Below, one piece after another: positions 19,047-27,569 of a stretch of 64,000 bases of DNA. The stretch lies in NCBI GenBank assembly GCA_035527655.1, contig DATLAB010000014.1, positions 33,099 to 97,098 of the forward strand, written 5' to 3'. The DNA is from Patescibacteria group bacterium. GTDB lineage: Bacteria; Chloroflexota; Anaerolineae; Promineifilales; Promineifilaceae. Below the pieces are notes generated by a model. The model was not told the origin of the DNA and did not search any database. It worked only from the letters and a program-made list of their open reading frames with translations. Position numbers and translations under genes: made by a program. The stretch's first letter is position 1. Every line of letters starts with the position of its first letter.

Positions 19047-20962
19047 TACAGGGTCGAAAGGAATTCCCTGCCAGCGAACGATCAAATCGACGATTTGTGA
19101 ACCGGCCCTTCTTGAGCGGTTCGCGACTTCTGATCGGCGCTCTTCTTCTGCTTGTGCTTTTACTGGCGCAACCGGCAACCGCAGCGGCACAAGGTTTGGA
19201 TTTTTCGGTACCTGAATTGAAAATGGAGGTCTACGTTCAACCGGACGCTTCTGCCAGAATCATTTATGATATTACCTTTGCTAACAGTCCAGTTGGTGGC
19301 ACCATTGACATCGTCGATATTGCCACATCCCATGATGGCTATGACCTCAACAATATGAGCGCTACGCTTAACGGATCTCCGGTGAAGGATATCCGGGTGT
19401 CTGAGTTTATTGACACGGGAGTCGAGATTCATTTAGGTGATCACGCCATAGCACCGGGTGATCACGCTACGTTACATTTTGAACTTACAATGCCCGACCT
19501 GGTTTTTCAGGATACAACCCGGGGCGATTACGCATCATTCCAGATCATGCCGACGCCTTTCGAACCAGGTTTCCTTCAAGGGACCTCCGATATTTGGATA
19601 GCCGTTCACATGCTGCCCGGCATAGCACTCGATGAGTTGTTATACCAGGATGTTCAATTTAGCGACAAGATAATTTTTAATGACCATTCAGTTGCTGCCT
19701 GGCGCTGGCCCCAGGAAGATCTCAACGATCTCCAAGCGGTTGGCGTTTCATTCCCCAGGCGGGGGATGAGCCGCGTAATTGAGCAATCATTCCTGGAACT
19801 GGCGGAAAAGTGGCTCGTAGACAATCCCTCGACACACTTCCTGTTAGGTATGCTTACTATCGTATTCTTCATCATTACTTACTTCCGATTCACCTGGGGA
19901 ACAGGTATCTCCGTATTTGTCGTGCTTACCGCCGGCCTTATCTGGATCTTGTATACCGTTCCCTTATTAGTGCTTCTTGCATTGCCGGTGATGATTCTGT
20001 TATTTGCGCTCAATGAAAGACGTCTCTATACCCAGAAACACCATTACTTACCGGCAATCGCCCAGGTCGAGGGCGGTGGCATCAAACGAGGGTTGACTGC
20101 TCCAGAGGCCGCCGTTCTCCTGGAACTACCGTTGAACAAGATCTTGACCCTGCTGCTTTTCGGCCTCTTGGAAAAGGGGATTTGCCAGCAACAACAAGAT
20201 ACGCCTCTTATCGTAACCATTTCACCCGAGTACACCGTAAATGAGGTTCCGAGTAAGCTCCAACGGGCAGAGCGACTCAAGATAGCTCAGGATTTAGGGG
20301 TCGTAATTCGCAGTTACGAACATGCTTTTCTCAAGCAGATCGAGGAGAACACGGATATTCCAGTCAAGGACATTGACTTTGCCGAACCCATGAAAAACCT
20401 CATTAGTAATACGGTCCGCCGGATGAAGGGTTTTGATCTTTCGGATACTCAAGAGTATTACCGCAAGATAATTACCCGCGCGATGAAAGAAGCCAGGAGC
20501 ATTGGCGAGATACCCGAACGTGAGCAATATTTGGACCGGCACCTGCAGTGGCTTCTTATGGATGACGACTACCCAACAGTTTTTTCAGCGAGACGTTACC
20601 ATTACCGCCCTGTTTGGGTCAGACCTTTCGCCAGCAGCGATCGCCTGGGTGGATCCTTTTCTAGGGTAATGGGCAGCCCCAACGCCCCTGGGGGAAAGAC
20701 ATCCTTCAGCGATGTGACTGCTTCATTTGCCGGCTGGACCGAGAATACCATGGGCAACCTGGCCTCATCTATCGCTCCTGGCGCTATCCGGATGGATGGT
20801 CCTGCTGGTAGGATTAACCTGAGTGGCGCAGACAAAGTAACCAAGGATGTATTCAAGGCTCTGACAACCTCATCAGGCGGTGGCCGTTCCGGTGGCGGCG
20901 GTTGCGCCTGTGCCTGTGCCGGCTGTGCCTGTGCTTGTGCATGCGCTGGCGGCGGCCGGTAA
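19043..20962 (+). CDS. Membrane protein (DUF2207-like architecture) ending in a Gly-rich then (Cys-Ala)n tail
   Basis: The ATG overlaps the upstream stop (ATGA). It has a signal/anchor (LLIGALLLLVLLLAQPATAAAQG) and an extracytoplasmic N-domain starting LDFSVPELKMEVYVQPDASARIIYDITF. Three TM helices sit mid-protein, followed by a cytoplasmic domain. The C-terminus is SSGGGRSGGGGCACACAGCACACACAGGGR. Confidence 0.7.
   Translation: MIQGRKEFPASERSNRRFVNRPFLSGSRLLIGALLLLVLLLAQPATAAAQGLDFSVPELKMEVYVQPDASARIIYDITFANSPVGGTIDIVDIATSHDGYDLNNMSATLNGSPVKDIRVSEFIDTGVEIHLGDHAIAPGDHATLHFELTMPDLVFQDTTRGDYASFQIMPTPFEPGFLQGTSDIWIAVHMLPGIALDELLYQDVQFSDKIIFNDHSVAAWRWPQEDLNDLQAVGVSFPRRGMSRVIEQSFLELAEKWLVDNPSTHFLLGMLTIVFFIITYFRFTWGTGISVFVVLTAGLIWILYTVPLLVLLALPVMILLFALNERRLYTQKHHYLPAIAQVEGGGIKRGLTAPEAAVLLELPLNKILTLLLFGLLEKGICQQQQDTPLIVTISPEYTVNEVPSKLQRAERLKIAQDLGVVIRSYEHAFLKQIEENTDIPVKDIDFAEPMKNLISNTVRRMKGFDLSDTQEYYRKIITRAMKEARSIGEIPEREQYLDRHLQWLLMDDDYPTVFSARRYHYRPVWVRPFASSDRLGGSFSRVMGSPNAPGGKTSFSDVTASFAGWTENTMGNLASSIAPGAIRMDGPAGRINLSGADKVTKDVFKALTTSSGGGRSGGGGCACACAGCACACACAGGGR
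20903..20947 (+). repeat. Seven TGYGCN hexanucleotide units (one GGC interruption) encoding the Cys-Ala repeat
   Basis: The sequence reads tgcgcc tgtgcc tgtgcc ggc tgtgcc tgtgct tgtgca tgcgct, in frame with the 19043 ORF. Confidence 0.9.
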
Positions 20963-20969
20963 CTTTTCT

Positions 20970-21776
20970 ATGACAGGCCCTGACCCTGACGGCCTTCCGG
21001 ACCTGTCAGAAAGCGAGCATCACAGAAATAAACTGTTGGAGTTCCCGGCTCTTCCCCGCAGGGAGCTTCTTGACTTCCAATCGTCCTGGCTTGCTCCGGC
21101 AAGATCCCGCATTCTTCGTCGTATCGCCATTGCCAGGAAGCATCGTATTCTAGATCTGGGAGCCGGGTATGGACAGGTAACCGTCGAATTGGCCCGCCGC
21201 TCATCGGGGCTGGTGGTTGCTTATGACTTGAATGAATTATCGCTACGCGAAACAGATAAGCTGCGAAGGATTGTTCGTGTAGCAGGCGATGCGGCCCTCC
21301 TACCCTTCGGGAGTGGTTCTTTCGATCTGATCTATTCCCAGTTTTCCCTGCTGTGGATCAAATCCTTGCCCCAAACCTTGGACGAGATAACTAGGGTACT
21401 CGAGCCGACCGGGGTTTTAGTTGCCCTGGAACCGGATTATGCGGCAATGATCGAATACCCACCGGCCGTAGCTACCAGGCAGATTTGGCTTGATGCCCTT
21501 TTGCGCTCGGGAGCCGATCCCAGGATCGGTCGAAAATTACCTGGTCAGCTAGCTGCTCTTGGTTTTTCGGTAAGGGTAAATTTATTGGAGCAGATTCAAC
21601 CACCTTCTCCCCAACGATTTGAATTCTTGGAAGGCCTGCCTCTGACCGATGTCGAGCGATCGAGATTACGAGATATTCGCAAGTTGGCCGTGGAGCATGT
21701 CACCGGTGATGGGCAACAGATCAGCCATCTGCCCGTATTCCTCATCACCGCTGTCAAACGAACGTCTAAATCGTGA
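20970..21776 (+). CDS. Class I SAM-dependent methyltransferase
   Basis: Motif I ILDLGAGYGQVTVELARR with an acidic loop VVAYDL, and post-I/II FDLIYSQFSLLWI. The listed ORF begins at 20880, but its first 30 codons are an out-of-frame reading of the Cys-Ala repeat. ATG 20970 lies 8 nt after the upstream stop. Confidence 0.85.
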   Translation: MTGPDPDGLPDLSESEHHRNKLLEFPALPRRELLDFQSSWLAPARSRILRRIAIARKHRILDLGAGYGQVTVELARRSSGLVVAYDLNELSLRETDKLRRIVRVAGDAALLPFGSGSFDLIYSQFSLLWIKSLPQTLDEITRVLEPTGVLVALEPDYAAMIEYPPAVATRQIWLDALLRSGADPRIGRKLPGQLAALGFSVRVNLLEQIQPPSPQRFEFLEGLPLTDVERSRLRDIRKLAVEHVTGDGQQISHLPVFLITAVKRTSKS

Positions 21777-21904
21777 ACACCGGCAAATCAGCAAGCCAGC
21801 TTGTGGCTACCCGTCCAATGGACTTCTTATTGGTTATTTGTTCCCCAAACTGATGGTGAAACCATGAACTATCTATTGAAGGTAATAGCCCTGAGAGACG
21901 TAAA

Positions 21905-22414
21905 GTGACATTCATTATTCTCCTGATTGTCACAGCGCTGATCATGGTGGTATTGAGTTTCACCGGGCGGAATCTGATTACAGATGCAGCGCCAGGCGGC
22001 ATCTTGTCTTACGAGCTGGCGGGGCATGAGGACACAGCCCAGGGAATCCTGGATTCATGGGATGATATAGCCAGAATCTATGCCGGCTTCAACCTGGGCT
22101 TTGATTATCTTTTTTTGATCTTCTATTCAACAACAATCGCTCTTGCTATAATATAGGCGAGTGATTTGCTTGAGCTGAGACGAAGTTTAGTACGGCTGGC
22201 TGTTCTCCTGGCCTTGGGACTGCTCATGGCTGCCCTATTGGATGCAATTGAGGATGCCGTCCTCCTAAAGATGTTGGATGCCGGTGTATCTTCACCTTGG
22301 CCGCAGATCTCTTTCGTCTGCGCCATCGTTAAGTTTGGCCTGATATTCCTGGGGTTAACCTTTGTTATCGTCGTGTCTGTTTATTATTTGTGGCATGCAC
22401 ATCGAAATTCCTAG
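21905..22414 (+). pseudogene. Small polytopic membrane protein split by one in-frame TAG (22154-22156)
   Basis: The listed ORFs 21905..22156 and 22166..22414 are in the same frame and are separated only by TAG plus three sense codons (ASD). Both halves are hydrophobic and read as one roughly 169-aa protein. Confidence 0.45.
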
Positions 22415-22498
22415 TGGGATAATCATTTTTACGCAGAATCGGTTACATTTTCCATTAAGAGCAACAAACCATCGATGGCTGCTATAATCAAATAGCCG

Positions 22499-25400
22499 GT
22501 GAATACAATTCTATCTAAACGCCATTTCAATTTGACCGCCTCAATGGTCGGGGCAGGACTTCTCCTGCTGACCGTCTGGCTAATGCTGGGCGGGCAACCT
22601 GTTCGCGCAGGCATGGAGGTCGTGATAGACCCCCTTCTGCTAGAGGCGCTGGAAACAGCCGAGCCGGGCGAACACCTTGAAATTATTGTCTATACGGATG
22701 AAGCAGAAAGCCCAATAGCCCCTGATTTCCCAGAAGATGGTTTGGCCAGGAGAATCGCCGTCGCAGAGAACTTAAAAAAGCAAGGAACCCTGGCGCTGAG
22801 CGGCGTTGTCAATCAATTGGAACGAGAGAAGCTCCAAGGAGATGTCTCCTCGATCAGACTCCTCTGGATTGTCAACGCGGTTCAAGTAACGGCAAATAAC
22901 GAGGCGATTGACGAATTGAGCAGCCATCCCGATGTCAGGTTAATCACTCTCGACCAGAAGATCCAGTTTCTTGAGCCAAAAGAGCTGTCATTAACCCAAG
23001 CCCCGATCTCCCTTAGCTGGGGAGTTGATATTATTCGATCAGCCTATGCCTGGCATGGACTTGGTGTAAGCGGTCAAGGTGTTACTGTGGCGATAATGGA
23101 TACCGGAGTGGATTGGGTTCATCCTGACCTATTAAATAATTATCGAGGGAATCCCGGAAACAATGACATTAAACACCTGGGAAATTGGTTTGACGCAGTT
23201 GATTCTTCCGTAGCACCCATCGATCCGAATGGCCATGGCACGCACGTCGCTGGTACCGCTGTTGGAGAAAATGGCATTGGTGTAGCGCCAGGCGCTGAAT
23301 GGATAGCTGTTCGTGTACTCGATTCGGAGGGCTACGGGAAAATCGGGGACATTCATGCTGGTTTTCAATGGCTTCTGGCACCGGACGGTGATCCAAACAA
23401 AAGCCCTGACCTGGTCAATAATTCATGGAGTGGTAGCACTCAGATGATCGATTTTATGACGGATATCTCAGCTCTACAATCCGCTGGAATTATTCCAATT
23501 TTTGCTGTCGGGAATCGGGGACCTTTTGAAGGGAGCGTTGGCGCCCCGGCCAGTTATCCTGGTACGGTTGCTGTGGGGGCCACCGATGATCAGGATTTGG
23601 TGGCCTGGTTTTCGAGTAGAGGACCATCACCATACACTGCCGATCCAAAACCGACCGTGGTTGCCCCGGGCACTAATATATTGTCTTCACTGCCCGATGG
23701 AAAATATGGTTTTTCCCTGGGTACTTCGATGGCTACACCCCATGTGGTCGGCGTTTATGCCCTCTTGCTCTCCGCCAATCCGGCTATGTCCGAGATTGAA
23801 GCGACAGCTATTATCACGAGAACAACCACCACGATCGACCTCGATCAGCCGAATCATGTCAGCGGATGGGGACGAGTTGATGCCTACGCTGCGCTATCTG
23901 AGGTTGCCGAGGGCGGTTTGATTGAGGGAACAGTTTTTCAAGATAGTGAGCCTCTCCCGGGAGCAACCATCGTAATAACGACCCCTCTTGGAATCCCTCT
24001 CGTATTCAAGTCTAATGAAGATGGTGTCTTCTCGGCCCACCTTTCGCCAGGCAACTATTCGCTAAAGATTGGGAATTTCGCCAGCACCGATCATTACTCT
24101 AAGGAAGTAGCCCTGATCGCTGGAGATAATATAAGATTCGATGTGTATCTCGAAAAGTTGCCAGGAGCTCGACTATATGGCCAGCTTCTTGATGGAACGA
24201 CTCTATCTCCTATCTCAGGCACACTTGAGATTCCTGGAACTCCTTTGGTGACATCTGTTGGGGACGATGGTCAGTACGATCTCTCGTTGCCCTTGGGCCA
24301 ATTTAAGGCAATTGCCAAATCGCTGGGTCACCTCAACGACCAGGATCTGGTCGATATCGGGGCGACTGATCTGCACCAGGATTTTTATTTAGAAAGGGCA
24401 CCGCGAATCCTGCTGGTTGACAGCGGTAATTGGTACTATCACGAAAAGCGAGAATACATATCAACTGCCTTAGCAGGATTGGACATCGGCTTCGAAACTT
24501 GGCCCATCCGCGATCCCTTTTTAGACATCCCCTCAAGTGAAGACCTGGCAAAATACGACATTATCGTTTGGTCTGCGCCCTTGGACTCTCCCGGATATAT
24601 TGGCGCGGGTAGCTCCTTGACTACCTACCTTGCAGAGGGAGGCAATCTGTTTATCTCGGGCCAAAATGTCGCCCTTTGGGATGGTAACCCCAGCCAACCA
24701 GAGCCTTGGTGGTATTCACAACTGAAGGGAGAATTTGTAAGGAAATCAGAGTTGCCCCTGACCATTGCGGGCGAACCCGACACTCTTTTCGCGGGGCTCG
24801 AGCTTGAACTAAATGGCCAGGATAGCGCAGATAATCAACTCTCAGTTGATATTAGTCAGCCGCAAACTAATAGCTTCACCCAAGTAGCATTTCGTTACGA
24901 CGATGGCAGCCCGGCAGCTCTCCAAGCGAGCTTGTGCGAACCCTATAGAATCGTTTATCTTGGCTTCGGTTTAGAAGGTGTTTCGTTTGCCAGTAAAAGA
25001 GAAGAAATACTTTCTCGCAGCTTCGACTATTTCGCCGTGCCAGCAAATGAAGCTGGTGTGTACTTGTCACCTGGTAGCCTGGATCAACTTGTTGCGGCGG
25101 GAAAAGAACACCAAATCGACGTCTTGATCACCAACCTGAGTGAGACTATCACCGATACCATTCAGCTAAGTCTGGAGCATGCTGAATGGCCTGCGCGAGT
25201 GATCACTGATTCTTTGACTCTTGGTCCTTGTCAAGCCGGGCAAATATCCTTATCAATTAGAGTTCCCACCGATCTAGCCGATGACTCCTTCGATGAGTTT
25301 GAGTTGGTAGCTACTTCCACCAATTCGCCTTCGAACCAAACGGTGATGCCCATTCGCCTAAAGACTCCCGGAAGAATATTGGTTGTGGACGACGACAGAT

Positions 25401-26764
25401 GGTATGACCAAGAAAAGCAATATGGGGATGTCTTGGATAAGCTTGGTTATCGCTATGATCTGTGGAATACGGACTATCCGCCAAATGGAAATGGCAGTCC
25501 ACCAGGGACTTTACTTAACCAGTACGAATTTGTGATCTGGTTCACCGCCTATGATTGGTTTCAACCTTTGACGGACTTTGAAACACTGACCCTCTACAAT
25601 TATTTGGAGGCAGGCGGTCGACTCTTCTTAACAAGCCAGGATTTTCTCTACTATCATCACAATGAGCCGTTGACGCTCGAATATTTAGGTATCCGAGACT
25701 ATCTTGAATCAGTCGAACCCAACAATGTATTTGGCAATCTTCGTCTGGGAATGCCGGTCGGACCATTGCCCCTCGATTATGCACCGTACCAAAATTTCAG
25801 CGATGGCCTAGTACCTTCGCCGTCGGCTGAGATTTTTGCCTGGCACGATGGAAGCGGAAGCGCTGCGGTAGCAAACAGTGGTAGTGATTGGCGAACAGTA
25901 TTCTGGGGATTGCCATTTGAGAAACTGCCGCTTGGTATTCAGCCGGAAGCTATGCGTCAAATATTGGGTTGGCTCAGTGATCTTGGCGACTCGACGTTTG
26001 AAAGCAGCAGCGAGCAAAGTAACAATCTGATTGGCGAAGATATCTTCGAGACTTACACCCTAACACTGCGAAATAGTTCTTCCGACACACCCGATAATTC
26101 GACAATAACCAACACACTGCCGCCGGCATTAACGATAGATCAAGATTCGATAACCGGTGGCGCCATCTATGATCCCGTAACTCGCCAATTATCGTGGTCT
26201 GGAGAGATCGCTGGTCGTGGCTCGCGGACGATCAGCTACCGGGCAACTACGGCTCCTGGTTTGACACCAGGAACCCAGATCAACAATCTTGTATCTGTGC
26301 TAGACTCACGACATGATCTAGCCTTTGAGCGCTCAGCGCCCATTTGGGTTGCCAGCGCAGACCTTAGTCAATCAGCGATCACGATCTCTCCCTCGGCCGT
26401 ACTACCTGGCGGGCTGGCAGAAATTCACGTTGACCTGCAGAATAATGGCGATAGATCGGCGACTATCAGCGCTACCATCCACATCGCCGCCGATCTGACG
26501 CCCATAACACCAACTATGTCAACAACGGATGGTTCGGTAACTATTACGGAGCAGCAACTTTCTTGGGGACTCGATCTGGATCCACATCAAGCAGCACAAC
26601 TGACGCTGGTAGTGTCCGCGACGAACGATGTTAGAACCAGGTGGCTACCTGCAACTTTGATTATTCAGGATGGCATTACCCATCCTATTTTCAAAGACGC
26701 GTTGCTGGAAATCAAGCCGGTGCAATTTTGGTTACCATTGATGGTTTTGGCTGATAGACCCTAA
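22499..26764 (+). CDS. Large secreted/anchored subtilisin-family (S8) serine peptidase with multiple C-terminal domains
   Basis: Catalytic triad motifs VAIMDTGVD, HGTHVAGTAVG and GTSMATPHVVG, plus an N-terminal TM/signal. The roughly 200-aa module is internally duplicated (PRILLVDSGNWYYHEKREY... and GRILVVDDDRWYDQEKQYG...). The C-terminus holds DUF11-like repeats (TNTLPPALTIDQDSITGG). The start is uncertain (GTG 22499 or ATG 22544). Confidence 0.9.
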   Translation: MNTILSKRHFNLTASMVGAGLLLLTVWLMLGGQPVRAGMEVVIDPLLLEALETAEPGEHLEIIVYTDEAESPIAPDFPEDGLARRIAVAENLKKQGTLALSGVVNQLEREKLQGDVSSIRLLWIVNAVQVTANNEAIDELSSHPDVRLITLDQKIQFLEPKELSLTQAPISLSWGVDIIRSAYAWHGLGVSGQGVTVAIMDTGVDWVHPDLLNNYRGNPGNNDIKHLGNWFDAVDSSVAPIDPNGHGTHVAGTAVGENGIGVAPGAEWIAVRVLDSEGYGKIGDIHAGFQWLLAPDGDPNKSPDLVNNSWSGSTQMIDFMTDISALQSAGIIPIFAVGNRGPFEGSVGAPASYPGTVAVGATDDQDLVAWFSSRGPSPYTADPKPTVVAPGTNILSSLPDGKYGFSLGTSMATPHVVGVYALLLSANPAMSEIEATAIITRTTTTIDLDQPNHVSGWGRVDAYAALSEVAEGGLIEGTVFQDSEPLPGATIVITTPLGIPLVFKSNEDGVFSAHLSPGNYSLKIGNFASTDHYSKEVALIAGDNIRFDVYLEKLPGARLYGQLLDGTTLSPISGTLEIPGTPLVTSVGDDGQYDLSLPLGQFKAIAKSLGHLNDQDLVDIGATDLHQDFYLERAPRILLVDSGNWYYHEKREYISTALAGLDIGFETWPIRDPFLDIPSSEDLAKYDIIVWSAPLDSPGYIGAGSSLTTYLAEGGNLFISGQNVALWDGNPSQPEPWWYSQLKGEFVRKSELPLTIAGEPDTLFAGLELELNGQDSADNQLSVDISQPQTNSFTQVAFRYDDGSPAALQASLCEPYRIVYLGFGLEGVSFASKREEILSRSFDYFAVPANEAGVYLSPGSLDQLVAAGKEHQIDVLITNLSETITDTIQLSLEHAEWPARVITDSLTLGPCQAGQISLSIRVPTDLADDSFDEFELVATSTNSPSNQTVMPIRLKTPGRILVVDDDRWYDQEKQYGDVLDKLGYRYDLWNTDYPPNGNGSPPGTLLNQYEFVIWFTAYDWFQPLTDFETLTLYNYLEAGGRLFLTSQDFLYYHHNEPLTLEYLGIRDYLESVEPNNVFGNLRLGMPVGPLPLDYAPYQNFSDGLVPSPSAEIFAWHDGSGSAAVANSGSDWRTVFWGLPFEKLPLGIQPEAMRQILGWLSDLGDSTFESSSEQSNNLIGEDIFETYTLTLRNSSSDTPDNSTITNTLPPALTIDQDSITGGAIYDPVTRQLSWSGEIAGRGSRTISYRATTAPGLTPGTQINNLVSVLDSRHDLAFERSAPIWVASADLSQSAITISPSAVLPGGLAEIHVDLQNNGDRSATISATIHIAADLTPITPTMSTTDGSVTITEQQLSWGLDLDPHQAAQLTLVVSATNDVRTRWLPATLIIQDGITHPIFKDALLEIKPVQFWLPLMVLADRP

Positions 26765-27243
26765 TCGGCTACATCAAGAATCGTGGGATTGACCACCTGG
26801 ATCAGGTCGCTTACCCGCATACATATTTGGATTCCCCGCTGTCCTGCGCTAAGGACAATCTCCCCTCGATCTCGGGCGGATTGGTCCAGTATTATCTGAA
26901 ATCCTTTGTTCAATAAAGCCAATGGCGAGATGCCGCCCACCTGCAGCCCAGTCAATCGCTCCGCTTCTGCGTGACTGGCCATTTTTACTTTCTTTTCTCC
27001 GACTCCCTGTGCCAGTTTCTTAAGAGACAGTTGCCGGTCGGCCGGCACCATCACTAACAAGGGTTTATTTGGCTGTCGCACTACGACCAGTGTTTTAAAC
27101 ACCTCTTCGGGAGGGACCCCGACATCAGCAGCGATTGCAAGCGCATCTCGCTCACTCTTATCATAAGTCATGCTGCTATAATGAATATCTTGGCTATCGA
27201 GTATGCGCATTGCCTGTGTTTTTTGCACCATGATATTATCCAT
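26761..27243 (-). CDS. ybaK: Cys-tRNA(Pro)/Cys-tRNA(Cys) deacylase, YbaK family
   Basis: Full-length resemblance to E. coli YbaK as I recall it: FKTLVV, LSLKKLAQGVGEKKVKMA, TGLQVGGISPLAL, VLSAGQRGIQI. Confidence 0.85.
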   Translation of the reverse strand: MDNIMVQKTQAMRILDSQDIHYSSMTYDKSERDALAIAADVGVPPEEVFKTLVVVRQPNKPLLVMVPADRQLSLKKLAQGVGEKKVKMASHAEAERLTGLQVGGISPLALLNKGFQIILDQSARDRGEIVLSAGQRGIQICMRVSDLIQVVNPTILDVAD

Positions 27244-27569
27244 CCCTGTATTGGGGCTTAAGCTCAGAAAGCCAAAAATTTGGAATCTACTTTTAACTAC
27301 AAATATTAATCAAGCTGTCGACTTCTATCAACCTGAGTTAAAATGATTTATACTGACAGTAGGATAGGGGTACAAATAATGCAGTTCAGATACCAGACCA
27401 GGGCTTCACGGAGATTCCTGCTTAGGAATTCCGACCGGACCACTGGGTCTTGAAGCCGGGTAAATCAACGAAATGAATCTCGGTCCCCAATTAATAATCT
27501 GTATGAATTGGTATTCTCTAGCCTAAGCCAACCTCATATTGATGTTGGATATGCCATCGATATGCCATT

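Noticed and set aside
20880-20969. N-terminal 30 codons (MAVPVAAVAPVPVPAVPVLV...) of the listed methyltransferase ORF
   Set aside because: This is an out-of-frame reading of the Cys-Ala hexanucleotide repeat of the upstream gene. The methyltransferase fold starts after ATG 20970.
22483-22501. TATAAT 10 nt before the GTG of the S8 protease, suggesting a leaderless transcript
   Set aside because: There is no acceptable -35, and the true start codon (GTG 22499 or ATG 22544) is itself uncertain. The evidence is too thin to report as a promoter.
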